Assembly (NCBI GenBank): GCA_033763315.1
Contig: JANRKS010000040.1
Coordinates: 224,001-288,000, forward strand
Reading direction: 5' to 3'
Source of the DNA: Deltaproteobacteria bacterium
GTDB taxonomy: Bacteria > Myxococcota_A > Polyangia > Fen-1088
DNA length: 64,000 nt
The notes beneath the pieces are model-generated. The model did no database searches, was not told the DNA's origin, and saw nothing but the letters and a program-made list of their open reading frames with translations. Positions 29,301 through 40,227 of the stretch are shown here, in pieces. A program made the translations under genes and the position numbers. Every line of letters begins with the position of its first letter. Position 1 is the stretch's first letter.

Positions 29301-29883
29301 CGATTGCACCGCGGGCAACATCTGTATCGCCAACCGCTGCGCACCACCCGTGGTCGACGGAGGTCGCTGCGCAGTCAACACCGATTGTGTAAACGGCGCC
29401 TGCATCAACCAGATTTGTTGCAACCGCGCTTGCAATGGTCGTTGCGAAAGCTGCAGCGCCGCGGGCCAATGCACGGTGGATGCTGCCTGTCTTGCCAAGT
29501 GCACCTCCAACGCCGACTGCGCCAGCAACCAGATGTGCGATCCCAGCACGATGATGTGCGTCGCAAAAGTGACCAAGTTTCCACGCGGAGCCGATTGTCA
29601 GAACGCTGGGCAATGCGAAACCGGCTTCTGTTCACAAGGCGTGTGTTGCGACTCAAATTGTACCGGTATGTGCAAAACATGTGCGGCCGTCGGCGTCGAT
29701 CGGGGGATCTGTAAGAACGTGCCGAAGACGCCAGAGCTCCGCTGTGGCACCGAATGCTCCGCGAATAAAAAGACCGTGATACCGCTGCTTTGCGACGGCA
29801 ACGGCGGATGCACGGCCAAAGGCAAGGGCACGGATTGTGACAAGAACGACCGATGCGATGGCACAATGTGCGTTCCTAAGTAG
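26386..29883 (+). CDS. Large cysteine-rich repeat lipoprotein
   Basis: Lipobox TAAC. Eight C-x2-G-x-C-x2-GVCC-like repeats. Confidence 0.85.
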   Translation: MRGFRCVVVFAVLVGTAACTVKATPTGTPGPVDGGQVVEAGVPGRPDPVACDPSAVLKDVAESCTCNAECGTGRCVDGVCCASACDGLCEACNVPGKVGACAPIPAGLPPVVAGQCKVDDVSTCGFDGTCNGNRGCRKYPEGTACKKGICDGATVKGEKVCRLGQCTVGPDTVCSPFGCDPAKSACFETCTDDGQCSASQKCASGSCGLRNIGAKCGGNTECESGFCADGVCCNTACDDACVTCNQLLTKGECRPVMAEQPDPHNVCKDEGAATCGQSGSCDGQGGCAKYSASTPCRAARCEGANAIPASTCDGKGSCLAASQVACAPFACSGNACKTTCNDDTDCSGAVCINNSCGLRGKGQNCTAASQCASGFCSDGVCCDSACTGQCKYCASAQARGSCVNVAADTADPRAAGANPSAEACVASDPRTCGRNGMCNGNGACQLWNKNTMCEDQSCSAAQNTYYAAKMCDGAGSCKPQDNGSRTCFPNKCNGSACGIACGSSNDCVAPNECVNGRCGPKAIGAVCSADNQCDSGFCRQGVCCQTDCKSSCYSCALASTRGVCSAVPAGEQDPAKVCTADGVASCDRDGMCNGSGGCRLYAAGQVCAGATCVNGTATGVSKCDGKGECQKGAVRACDAYKCNSDGTACFESCTDNSQCVSPRVCVGTSCGAKPNGAECPNGASECQSGICVQGVCCNEACDGVCKTCKGTKAGTCSNVAQGAADPAGRCAPAAGAAVCGNDGTCNGNGACAKAPNTVVCRNQTCPADSNTFTRSARCDGAGNCPAPATVDCGSIKCDATSNACLTGCQNDGQCVSGNICDAATMSCGGLKPNGADCTANRQCASAKCVEGVCCGGLAADQNACPACQSCKIEGQKGTCRSAPAGAANAGACPAGTGFCGAQTCNGAGACVQANPAGTSCGAQTCVDGNKVQSQTCNASGMCVNGQLTTCEQGYRCADGKCKTSCTVATASTDCTAGNICIANRCAPPVVDGGRCAVNTDCVNGACINQICCNRACNGRCESCSAAGQCTVDAACLAKCTSNADCASNQMCDPSTMMCVAKVTKFPRGADCQNAGQCETGFCSQGVCCDSNCTGMCKTCAAVGVDRGICKNVPKTPELRCGTECSANKKTVIPLLCDGNGGCTAKGKGTDCDKNDRCDGTMCVPK

Positions 29884-29955
29884 CCCCGCCGTGTGGTGAC
29901 AGTTCGATCCCCGCGCTGGCGAGTGCGGCGACTAAATGACGGGCAGGAGCAAAAG

Positions 29956-29995
29956 CGAAAAAGGCCTCGACGGCAAACACCGCGAGGCCCTTTCG
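29956..29995. terminator. Probable bidirectional intrinsic terminator between convergent genes
   Basis: GGCCTCG(A)CGG...CCGCGAGGCC stem, A-rich on the left and T-rich on the right. Confidence 0.6.
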
Positions 29996-30010
29996 TTTCG
30001 TAAACGATCG

Positions 30011-31381
<1,371 letters not shown>

Positions 31382-31425
31382 TTACACGCTGACGAGGTGT
31401 CGAAGGCGTGGGATAATTGGACTTA

Positions 31426-32499
31426 ATGCGCGTTGCACCTCGAGATCTTGAGTCGATCCCCACGCCGCGTCAGATCTTTGAGTACCTAGACCGGTACGTG
31501 GTTGGCCAAGATAAGGCCAAAAGAACGGTGGCCATCGCCGCCTACAACCACTTGAAGCGGTGCCGGCAAAAGCACGCGGGCCCCGGTAAGCGGCTGCTGA
31601 AGAAATCAAACATCTTGCTCGTGGGCCCCACGGGCTCTGGCAAAACACACATCGCGCGCACCCTGGCCGAAATGTTGAATGTGCCTTTGAGCATTGCCGA
31701 CGCCACCGAATTCACTGAAGCGGGTTATTACGGCAAAGACGTTGAGGTGATGGTGGGTGAACTGCTGGCCAAGGCAAACCACGATGTGGAGCGCGCCCAA
31801 CGTGGCATCGTGTTCATTGACGAGATCGACAAGATCGCTCGGCGCAGCCCTGGGGCACGCACGGGCGCTGGCTCGCGCGACATCGGCGGTGAAGGCGTGC
31901 AGCAGTCGCTGTTAAAGCTGTTGGAGGGCCGCGAGATCTATGTTCCGGGCAACGTCACACAACACTGGAACAAACACGATTTTGTGTTGATGGACACGCA
32001 AGACATTTTGTTTATCGCCGCCGGCACGTTTGCGGATCTCAAGCCATACAACGAAACGTCACACCCGTTAGGCTTCGGCCACCACGGTGCCACGCCCGAT
32101 ATGCAGGCCAGCGATCGCGTGACCGAAAGAGACTTGCTGGATTACGGATTGATTGGTGAACTTCTCGGCCGCTTGCCGGTGCGCGTGCGGCTGCATCCTT
32201 TGAATGAACAACAGATGCTGGGCGTGCTCACAGGCCCGCCTGATTGCGTGGTGAAAGAGTTTTCGCACCTGATGGCACTCGATGGCGTGGATCTCACATT
32301 CACGGATGAAGCACTGATGGCCGTGGTTCGCCACGCGATGGCCCGCCATACGGGCGCACGCAGCTTGCGCACCCTCGTGGAAGAGATCTGCCACGATCTC
32401 ATGTTCGAGGCTCCCGAGCGCCACGGCGAGCAGATCGTCATCGACAAAGCTTACGCCAGCGCGCGCCTTGATCGGTTGGGCGACGATCTATCGAGCTAA
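31426..32499 (+). CDS. clpX: ClpX-family AAA+ ATPase paralog lacking the N-terminal zinc-binding domain
   Basis: [50 protein letters not shown] loop, TGARSLR. Confidence 0.85.
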   Translation: MRVAPRDLESIPTPRQIFEYLDRYVVGQDKAKRTVAIAAYNHLKRCRQKHAGPGKRLLKKSNILLVGPTGSGKTHIARTLAEMLNVPLSIADATEFTEAGYYGKDVEVMVGELLAKANHDVERAQRGIVFIDEIDKIARRSPGARTGAGSRDIGGEGVQQSLLKLLEGREIYVPGNVTQHWNKHDFVLMDTQDILFIAAGTFADLKPYNETSHPLGFGHHGATPDMQASDRVTERDLLDYGLIGELLGRLPVRVRLHPLNEQQMLGVLTGPPDCVVKEFSHLMALDGVDLTFTDEALMAVVRHAMARHTGARSLRTLVEEICHDLMFEAPERHGEQIVIDKAYASARLDRLGDDLSS

Positions 32500-32563
32500 G
32501 CCACCCATCCGTGCGCGTTGGCGCGGCTGGACAATAGAGCGCAACCCCGGTAAACGGAACGCC

Positions 32564-34477
32564 GTGAAAATCGCCGCGCCTTCGCCCCAGCCCGATCCCG
32601 CTCACGGCCACAGCACGCCGGCGTTGACTCTAGCAGCGTTGGGCGTCGTGTTCGGCGACATCGGTACGAGCCCGCTTTACACCTTGAGCGAGTGCTTCCA
32701 TGCCAAGCATGGCGCTGCCACGACGCCACTTATCGTGCTGGGTGTTTTGTCATTAATCTTCTGGTCGCTGGTTGTGGTGATCGCTTTTAAGTACCTCGCG
32801 ATGATTCTGCGTGCGGACAACGGAGGCGAAGGCGGCATCTTTGCGCTGTTGGCGTTGATGCCCGAACGGTTGCTGCCAAACGCGCAGGGCCGTCTGCGTT
32901 GGACCACATTGCTTGCGTTGATCGGCGCCGCTTTGCTTTTTGGCGACGGCATCATCACGCCCGCGATTTCCGTCCTGAGTGCCATGGAGGGCCTCGAGGT
33001 GGTGGCCCCCGCGTATCATTGGGCAGTCCTTCCGGCCACGTGTGCGGTGCTGCTGGGCTTATTTGCAATGCAAAGCCGCGGCACCGGCGCGATAGGCGTT
33101 GTGTTTGGCCCCATCATGGTTGTTTGGTTCGTCACCTTGGCGGCGCTGGGCATCAACCAGATCAGCCAAAACCCGAGCGTCCTTTGGGCGTTGAACCCCA
33201 TCTACGCCATTCGGTTCTTCGCGTCCGAGGGGCCCACGGGGTTTCTCATTCTGGGCGCGGTGGTCCTGGCCATCACCGGTGGCGAAGCGCTTTACGCTGA
33301 TTTGGGCCACTTCGGTCGCAGGCCGATTCGGATCGCCTGGTTTGCGGTGGCGATGCCCGCACTCGTTCTAAATTATTTTGGCCAAGGTGCCCTTGTCCTT
33401 GCGCACCCAGGCTCAAGTGGCTCGCCGTTTTACTCACTTGTGCCCGCGGGGCCGTGGACGTACGCACTCATCGCTTTGGCCACGGCGGCAACGGTCATCG
33501 CATCGCAGGCCCTGATCTCGGGCGCGTTTTCGCTCACCCACCAAGCGGTTCGCCTTGGGTTCTTCCCGACGGTTCGTGTGACCCACACGTCGAGACACTC
33601 CGAAGGCCAGATCTACATCCCTGCCGTGAACTGGATGTTGGCCGCCGCTTGCACCGCATTGGTCCTGATGTTCAAACGATCGAGCAACTTGGCCGCGGCG
33701 TACGGCCTGGCCGTCACCGGCACAATGGCGATAACAACCATCATCTACTTCGAGGTCGTACGCACGCGATGGCAATGGCCGCTATGGAAAGCGCTGCCCC
33801 CGGTGCTTCTGTTTTTGATCTTCGATGTTGCCTATTTCATTGCGGCGTCGTTCAAGTTCGTCGATGGCGGATACATTCCCGTCATCATCGCGGTCGGCTT
33901 TTTCATCGTAATGTGGACCTGGAAGCGCGGTTGGGACATCTACCGGGAGCACGTCAAAGAAACCGTTCCCAAGCTTGATCGCCTGTTCACCGAAGGCGCC
34001 GGTAAGGGCGTGGCACGAACGCCTGGCACAGGTGTGTTCCCCACGGGCGTGCAAGGCGGCGTGCCACCGGTCTTATCGAATTTGATCACGCGCATCGGTG
34101 TGCTGCCCGCCGAGGTGGTGTTGCTGCACATGACAACGGCGCGCGAGCCGTACGTCAGCCTTCGAGAGCAAAAACCCCAGCTTGAGGCGTTGGGCGATGG
34201 GCTCTACCGGCTGTCGGTGTGCATTGGCTTTATGGATCGCCCCAGCGTGCCCGTCGTGTTGGCAGAAGCCGTCGCGGCCAGCGGCCATTCGATCGACGTT
34301 GAGAACGTCACGTACTATGTGGGCCGTTATACTTTCGTGGCCTCCGCCGCTGGCAAGATGGGTCGCCGCGCGGAGTGGCTGTTCGCATTGCTTACGCGCA
34401 ACGCCCAGCCGCTGCCTGACCACCTGGACATTCCTTGGCGCCAAGTGGTTGAAATCGGCGCGCAGATCGATCTATGA
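32564..34477 (+). CDS. kup: KUP/HAK/KT potassium transporter
   Basis: GVVFGDIGTSPLY, ADNGGEGG, GDGIITPAISVLSA, EALYADLGHFG, GQIYIP. Confidence 0.95.
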   Translation: MKIAAPSPQPDPAHGHSTPALTLAALGVVFGDIGTSPLYTLSECFHAKHGAATTPLIVLGVLSLIFWSLVVVIAFKYLAMILRADNGGEGGIFALLALMPERLLPNAQGRLRWTTLLALIGAALLFGDGIITPAISVLSAMEGLEVVAPAYHWAVLPATCAVLLGLFAMQSRGTGAIGVVFGPIMVVWFVTLAALGINQISQNPSVLWALNPIYAIRFFASEGPTGFLILGAVVLAITGGEALYADLGHFGRRPIRIAWFAVAMPALVLNYFGQGALVLAHPGSSGSPFYSLVPAGPWTYALIALATAATVIASQALISGAFSLTHQAVRLGFFPTVRVTHTSRHSEGQIYIPAVNWMLAAACTALVLMFKRSSNLAAAYGLAVTGTMAITTIIYFEVVRTRWQWPLWKALPPVLLFLIFDVAYFIAASFKFVDGGYIPVIIAVGFFIVMWTWKRGWDIYREHVKETVPKLDRLFTEGAGKGVARTPGTGVFPTGVQGGVPPVLSNLITRIGVLPAEVVLLHMTTAREPYVSLREQKPQLEALGDGLYRLSVCIGFMDRPSVPVVLAEAVAASGHSIDVENVTYYVGRYTFVASAAGKMGRRAEWLFALLTRNAQPLPDHLDIPWRQVVEIGAQIDL

Positions 34478-34505
34478 GGCATGCGGCGCCTCCAGACGCC
34501 GACGC

Positions 34506-34973
34506 TCATTTGCCCTTCGTCTTCGCTTTTCGCGGCACGGACCTCGCCTTCGTGGGCGTCTTGCTTGCTTTGGCCGCTTTGGCCTTCACAGCGGCGTCGA
34601 TCTTGCTTTTCACGTATGCGATCGATTCGTCCCACAGCGGCGAATCCGAGCCGAGGTCGGTCAATTGTTCGGGACTGATCAACGCCCACCCCGACATGGC
34701 GCGGTTCCCGCCTGCGATGAAAGGCCGATAGCCTAAAGTGTCAATCAACGTTTGCACCCGTGCCTGCGGCAAGGTGATGCACACGTCTTCGCCGAACAAA
34801 ACAGCAACGGCTTTTGTGCCAAGAAAAAATCCAGGGCAGCCGAACATCTTTCCCGGGCGCAGCAAAGGTCGATCAGCGAGCGCTTCCGAAAGCAGCGCAT
34901 GCGTGGCTTTGTCTGCGGGAGGTATAACCATCTTTGTGCGCGCGGCCGCAGGCGTCTTCGGTTGTTTTTGCAT
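34506..34973 (-). CDS. TfoX/Sxy N-terminal-like protein
   Basis: GKMFGCPGFF...RPF...RAMSGW pattern with a basic tail. Confidence 0.6.
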   Translation of the reverse strand: MQKQPKTPAAARTKMVIPPADKATHALLSEALADRPLLRPGKMFGCPGFFLGTKAVAVLFGEDVCITLPQARVQTLIDTLGYRPFIAGGNRAMSGWALISPEQLTDLGSDSPLWDESIAYVKSKIDAAVKAKAAKASKTPTKARSVPRKAKTKGK

Positions 34974-34983
34974 CACGTGAGAC

Positions 34984-36183
34984 TTAAATCGAAGGGATGC
35001 GCTCTTTGGTAAAGAGTGTGAAGGTAAGCCCGGTTGCCTCTTGCCGTTGCTCAATCCACGCCACGCGCGTGGGCCCCACGGCGATTTCTACGCTGTCCAA
35101 CGTTGGAACGGATCGAAACAAGCGGTTTTTGACCACGCCGCGTCCACACGCCACCGGCACCAAAGCGTTCGGCGAAGCTAGCTCCATCTTGTAAAGCGCT
35201 CCGTCGTTGAGCTGTGCCTTCGACGGCAGTTGCTGCATGTAGAACGTGTCGCCCGCGCTGGCCAACACGTTGAAGAACGGACCTGAGTTTGCACGTTCGA
35301 TCAAGGGCCGCGGGTTCATGCCATCGAGATCCAGCGCCACCACACGGCTGCCTCCACTTCCCGTTGTGCAAACCACAGCGGTGCTGCCAAACACCACGGG
35401 CTGTAGCTGCACAAGGCACGTGCCCGACTTCACAACCCCGAACGGCGTGGGCAGCGCCGCAGCCGCAGAAACATCAAGCACGTTGTACCCGAACGCACCC
35501 GTCATCATCGGAAGGGTTTGCGTGAAGTACAGTTTGGCGCCAACGAGTTGCGTGCCCAACATGGTTGAACCATCCACGTCGGCGATGGTTGCGGCCCCGC
35601 CGCCACCAAGGGCGATGCGGGCCACGCGCTGTTTGCCTGCGGCCTTGCTCACCACATAGACGCTTGCGGCATCGATGCCCACCACGCGCGCCTCAGCGAG
35701 ATCGATGCCCACCTGCGTGGGCGTCCCGCCGGCAATGGGCATCTTCATCACGCGTGACTTGGTGGGCGCCGCCGTGTAGTCGTCGTCGACGAAAACGATG
35801 TCCGTTGCGTTCACCATAAAACCCGCGATGACGTGCTGGGCTGCCGCAGTAAAGAGCGTTGTCACTATGCCGCCCGCGCTGGCCACCCGCCGGATCGAAC
35901 CGGGTGCGCTGCCAACGCCCGCCTCTTGGTAAAGAAAATCTTCCATCACAGGCAAAAGGTTTGAGCCCGCGATGTTGGCCACCAAAACCAGCGGCGGCGG
36001 GGCGTTGCAGGTTGTTGCGATAGCCCCACCGGCCCCTGTGTCTGTACCTCCACCATCCATCAAACCGGCGTCTGTCGCGCCAGTCTCTTCTGATTCATCA
36101 TCGCTGCACGCGAGCAGTGGCACGCAGGCCATGAAAGCGACAAAAAACCGCCACCCGGATCTTGCGAATGCTTTCTGCGTCAT
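34984..36183 (-). CDS. Lipoprotein, probable beta-propeller
   Basis: Lipobox LLAC, acidic DAG linker, repeated IRRV...GG / VMKMP..GG strands. Confidence 0.65.
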   Translation of the reverse strand: MTQKAFARSGWRFFVAFMACVPLLACSDDESEETGATDAGLMDGGGTDTGAGGAIATTCNAPPPLVLVANIAGSNLLPVMEDFLYQEAGVGSAPGSIRRVASAGGIVTTLFTAAAQHVIAGFMVNATDIVFVDDDYTAAPTKSRVMKMPIAGGTPTQVGIDLAEARVVGIDAASVYVVSKAAGKQRVARIALGGGGAATIADVDGSTMLGTQLVGAKLYFTQTLPMMTGAFGYNVLDVSAAAALPTPFGVVKSGTCLVQLQPVVFGSTAVVCTTGSGGSRVVALDLDGMNPRPLIERANSGPFFNVLASAGDTFYMQQLPSKAQLNDGALYKMELASPNALVPVACGRGVVKNRLFRSVPTLDSVEIAVGPTRVAWIEQRQEATGLTFTLFTKERIPSI

Positions 36184-36300
36184 GGCGGGATATTAACGCA
36201 AATCGCCCCGCATGTCGGCGGCGTTCTAGAACAGGCTTTCGATACGTTCCTCCCCAAACACGTCCTTACGGCAGCCTCGACAGCGTGCATTTAGCGATGT

Positions 36301-37692
36301 TTAGGCCTTGATGTCCGCTAGTTCGCCGCGACACGCGGCTGGATGGCCAAACTTTGTGGTGGGCACACCCATGCCGTTGGCGATCGTTGTGAAAAGATCG
36401 CCGTTGGAGGGAACGTTTGGCGAATCACTCGGGCCCCAACGGACGTTGTCGTTGTCGTAACTAAGGAACTGCCCTGGCTTGAGATAACCGCCCAGGTTAC
36501 CTGCCAAAAGCCATTTGTTGTTGTGGTACGAGTGGCCGGGTTGGGCAATCTCACCGCACCACAAAACAGCCGTGTGGTAGAGCATTGGTTTGCCATCGGC
36601 CTCTTTGAGCTCGGTGAGCAGGTTCAATACCTTCGCAAAGAGATCTGAATGCAGACGGTAGTAGCGTTTGGCGATGTCCAGCCGCGCCTTGTCTTGATCT
36701 TCCTTTTTGTTGACGTCGAGCTTGTGCACGAGATCGTGTAGATCCGTGGTGCCTGCGGCGCCCGGTGTGTAGCCAAAGGCGCTGGGCGCGGGCTCTTCCA
36801 CCTGGAAGCAAAACACGCGCGTCAGATCGCACGCAAAGGCCGCTTGCATCAGTTTCGGCATCGCATCCGAGGTGTTGGCCCACCAGCCCGCGTTGCCTGC
36901 ATTGGCCTTGATGCCTGTGGGCGCAGAACATGAAGCGCCTCCGCCTCCTGTGGCGTCGATGCGAAGCTTTAGTTCATTCACCAAGGTTGCGTGTTGAACC
37001 AAACGCTCGCGTTCGGCTTTGCCCATCTTGTTGCCAACGATGTTGAACTCGTCCTTTATGAAGTCGAGCGCACTTTTGCGTTGATCGAACGCGGACGTGT
37101 CCATCATTCGATCGGGCGCTTTGCCCGTGGGAAACAAGCGCGAGAAGATCACCTGCGGGTTGTATTCGGGCGACACCACCTTGCCCGGACCTTGGTGGTA
37201 CGGGGTGCCCCACAAGCTGAGGTTGGGCGATTTGTCCAAGATTCCAGCGTGCACCAAAGGCAAGGCCGTGGGGGATTTGCCACCGTTTTGCGCCGCCAAG
37301 CCCGTGGCAACGTGCGCATCAATGGAAATGCCGTTGCCCAACTTGCCTTTGATTTGCGTTTGAGCCGTGAGCGACCCCGCCTGCCCGCGTGCGTGCCCGC
37401 AGTTCGCATCATTGGGGCCTTGATCAATGCCCTTGCTATCCACGCCGCCAAGCAAGATGAGATCCTTCTTGAAGGCAGCCAAAGGCTCGTGCAGGTAACC
37501 CAATTCAAAGTTGTCGCGCGTGCCCTTCGGCGTCCACAGCCACGGCAAGGTGCCGTGTTGCGTGTAGAAGATCACAAAACGCGTGGGGATCTTCGTGGCC
37601 GCAGAGGCGCGCCTCAAAGTGGGCAAGAAAGTGGCCGCGCCTCCCAAACCCAACGATTGCAAAACCTGGCGTCGATTGATGGAGTTAATCAT
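36301..37692 (-). CDS. DUF1552 Tat-exported protein (copy 2)
   Basis: INRRQVLQ, SID, AFACDLTRV, HDLVH, GEIAQPGH. An alternative GTG start lies at 37704. Confidence 0.88.
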   Translation of the reverse strand: MINSINRRQVLQSLGLGGAATFLPTLRRASAATKIPTRFVIFYTQHGTLPWLWTPKGTRDNFELGYLHEPLAAFKKDLILLGGVDSKGIDQGPNDANCGHARGQAGSLTAQTQIKGKLGNGISIDAHVATGLAAQNGGKSPTALPLVHAGILDKSPNLSLWGTPYHQGPGKVVSPEYNPQVIFSRLFPTGKAPDRMMDTSAFDQRKSALDFIKDEFNIVGNKMGKAERERLVQHATLVNELKLRIDATGGGGASCSAPTGIKANAGNAGWWANTSDAMPKLMQAAFACDLTRVFCFQVEEPAPSAFGYTPGAAGTTDLHDLVHKLDVNKKEDQDKARLDIAKRYYRLHSDLFAKVLNLLTELKEADGKPMLYHTAVLWCGEIAQPGHSYHNNKWLLAGNLGGYLKPGQFLSYDNDNVRWGPSDSPNVPSNGDLFTTIANGMGVPTTKFGHPAACRGELADIKA

Positions 37693-37700
37693 CGTGTTCC

Positions 37701-39455
37701 TCACTGCGAAAAAGCGCTGCGGTAACGGAAAGCGTTGGTGCGCACCAGGGCCTTCAGCAAGCCGCGGAAATCGCCCTCGTTGTCCACCATTTGATCGGTC
37801 AGCGACGCCACACTACAGCCGTCCACCTCTTGAGTGCTTCGCGCCATCGCGTAGCGGTAGAACTGTTCAACGAAGCACTGGTAGGTTTGTTCGCTGCGCG
37901 AAAGCTTTTCCGTCATCTCGATCGCGTTTGCAAAATCGCCGTCGGCGTCAAAGGAATCCTTGATGTACGCCGATGAATCGATCGGCAGGCCTTCTTCCTC
38001 GGTTTGCCATTTACCAATGGCATCGTAGTTCTCGAAGGCGAAGCCAACGCCATCAATGATTTCGTGGCAGCTCTTGCAGGAGCCGCCCTGCGCTTCGTGC
38101 TCAAGCACCAGCCGTTGACGCGTGGTTCGCTTTACCGAGGTATCAACAGGCGGAATCGAGGGCACCATGTTGTTGGGCGGAGGCGGAGGCGGTTGGCACA
38201 ATAGAAGATCAAGCACGAATTGCCCTCGCAGCACCGCCGCTTGGTTTGCGTCGTGTGCCAGACCCGCCAACAAACCGGCCTGCGTCGTCAGTCCGCGGCG
38301 CTTGCTGGCGTCAAGTTCCACCGGTGCCAGCGTGGCACCTTGGGGGGCCGAGACCTCATAGATGAACGCCGTCTTGTCGTTGACCCACGCCTTGTTGCTG
38401 GTGAGAAGCTTCTTGATACCGCCCCCCTCCCCTAACAAGCTGTCAGCCAGAAACTCGTGGAGGCCTTCTGATAAGGCTTGCGCCGTGTCTTGCGTGTATT
38501 TGGGAAACAGCGTCTTGTTCTTGCGCTCTGCCGACGCGTTTCCGGAAACCCGCCCCAGGTGGAGCCACTGGCCCGCAAACTCATTGAGCGCCTGGCGGGC
38601 GCGTGGATCGTCGATCATGCGATCAAGTTGCTCGCCCAAGCCCTCGCTTGTCTCCAGCTTTCCCTCGCGTGCGGCTGTGAACAAAGCCTCGTCCGGCATG
38701 GAATCCCACAGCAGGTAAGACAAGCGTGAGGCCATTTCATAGCCGGTTAGTTTCACAGCGCCTTTTGTGGCATCGCCCTCGCCGAATTCCAGTTTGTAAA
38801 GAAACTGTGGCGATGACAGTAAGACCGTCGTGGTCAGCTCAAGCGCCTTGTTGAACCCAAACGCAGCTTTGCTCTTTGTGAAGAACGCAAGGAACCGCTG
38901 CTTCTCGTCTTCCTGCAAAGGGCGTCGAAACGCACGCATGCCAAACGAATCTAAAAACGCAGCCGCACAAGACGCTTCCGCCGCTTCACCTGAGCCCCCA
39001 CACCCCTGCAGCTTCAATGACGCTAGATTTTGCACAACCGCGGCAGCGGCTGATTGAGCGCCGAGCTCAAACTGTTCGATGAGTGGGTCGGAAGGGTTCT
39101 GTCCTTCCCAGTTGTTTGAGAAGCCGTTCGTAACAACTTCCATGGGCAGCTGGGGTTTTTGCGGCACCTTGATGGGCGCCAACAGCGCGGCCAACGTGTT
39201 TTCATATTCGGTGTTGGTTAAGCGGGAAAGCGGCGTATTGCCCGTATTGAGGCCCTTGGGCTCTTCGCAAACCAAGGTGTAATTTGGGTTGCGCGTCAGC
39301 GAACCCGCTTTCGGTGGAGGCGGGTTGCCGCCGCCTTGACCGCCTTCGTTATCGCCCCCGCCATCACCGTCCGTCGTGGACGCCGTGCATGCGGCAAAAC
39401 TCGCTGCACAAGTGATACTTAAGGCCGTTAACAGGCACGTTCGCAACTGCATCAT
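37701..39455 (-). CDS. DUF1592-family CxxCH lipoprotein (copy 2)
   Basis: Lipobox FAAC, RLTNTEYENT, RAFRRPL, MASRLSYLLW, CKSCH, FENYDAIG. Confidence 0.88.
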   Translation of the reverse strand: MMQLRTCLLTALSITCAASFAACTASTTDGDGGGDNEGGQGGGNPPPPKAGSLTRNPNYTLVCEEPKGLNTGNTPLSRLTNTEYENTLAALLAPIKVPQKPQLPMEVVTNGFSNNWEGQNPSDPLIEQFELGAQSAAAAVVQNLASLKLQGCGGSGEAAEASCAAAFLDSFGMRAFRRPLQEDEKQRFLAFFTKSKAAFGFNKALELTTTVLLSSPQFLYKLEFGEGDATKGAVKLTGYEMASRLSYLLWDSMPDEALFTAAREGKLETSEGLGEQLDRMIDDPRARQALNEFAGQWLHLGRVSGNASAERKNKTLFPKYTQDTAQALSEGLHEFLADSLLGEGGGIKKLLTSNKAWVNDKTAFIYEVSAPQGATLAPVELDASKRRGLTTQAGLLAGLAHDANQAAVLRGQFVLDLLLCQPPPPPPNNMVPSIPPVDTSVKRTTRQRLVLEHEAQGGSCKSCHEIIDGVGFAFENYDAIGKWQTEEEGLPIDSSAYIKDSFDADGDFANAIEMTEKLSRSEQTYQCFVEQFYRYAMARSTQEVDGCSVASLTDQMVDNEGDFRGLLKALVRTNAFRYRSAFSQ

Positions 39456-39600
39456 GGAACCCCCAAAAAGCGAAGTGTTTCTTGATGATACTTCACAAAT
39501 CGCCGAAAGCGCAGCCGCAGCCTCAAGGCATATCTAGTCGCCTAGGTAAAAGTTAGTAGTCAGGCGTCGCTCGTGCTTACCGGACGGACGCTTGAGCGAG

Positions 39601-40227
39601 CTACTCCAGGTGAACCAAGCCACGATGCAAAGCCACCGTCACCGCCGCCGTGCGGTCATCGACACCTAGTTTGGCGAGAACCGCTGCAACGTAATTGTTG
39701 ATTGTGTTCACGCTTAGACCGAGGGCGTTCGCGACTTCTTTGTTCGTCTTGCCCCTGGCGATCAAGGTCAGCACCGCGCGTTCACGTTCCGTCAAGTGGG
39801 CGCGCCCGTCACGCACTTGCAACCTTGCCGAGACGTCGGCCGGCAAAGCTGCCTCGCCGCGAAATACCGCGCGCACGACCTCCGGCAGCTCTGCATCGAC
39901 GACGCGCTTAAACACATAAGTGGCAGCGCCCGCCTTTAGCGCCAAAGCGATGTGCTCATCCCCTTCATAGTGGCTAAGCGCAATGAGGCGCGCGTTTGGA
40001 AACTCACTCCGGATGGCCGCCATCGCTTGCGGTCCATCCATCACCGGCATGCGACAGTCAAGGATTGCAATGTCTGGTTGCACCTCGCGGTAAAGTTTGA
40101 TGGCTTGAACGCCGTCATCCGCCTCGGCCACCACTTCCATGTCGTGCGAGCCTTCGATGATGGCGCGCAACCCGCAGCGCACAAGGTAGTGATCGTCAGC
40201 CAAGAGGATGCGAATGCTGTGGCTCAT
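39601..40227 (-). CDS. NarL/LuxR-family response regulator
   Basis: ILLADDH, LDCRMP receiver, LTERE...GKTNKEVA HTH. Confidence 0.93.
   Translation of the reverse strand: MSHSIRILLADDHYLVRCGLRAIIEGSHDMEVVAEADDGVQAIKLYREVQPDIAILDCRMPVMDGPQAMAAIRSEFPNARLIALSHYEGDEHIALALKAGAATYVFKRVVDAELPEVVRAVFRGEAALPADVSARLQVRDGRAHLTERERAVLTLIARGKTNKEVANALGLSVNTINNYVAAVLAKLGVDDRTAAVTVALHRGLVHLE

Noticed and set aside
26386-29883. Possible CRISPR or DNA tandem array
   Set aside because: The repetition is at protein level only. No identical spaced DNA repeats and no cas genes were seen.
29965-29995. GGCAAAC...GCGA resembling a c-di-GMP-I riboswitch
   Set aside because: It lacks the downstream GACGCAAAG element and lies between convergent 3' ends. 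A terminator explains it better.
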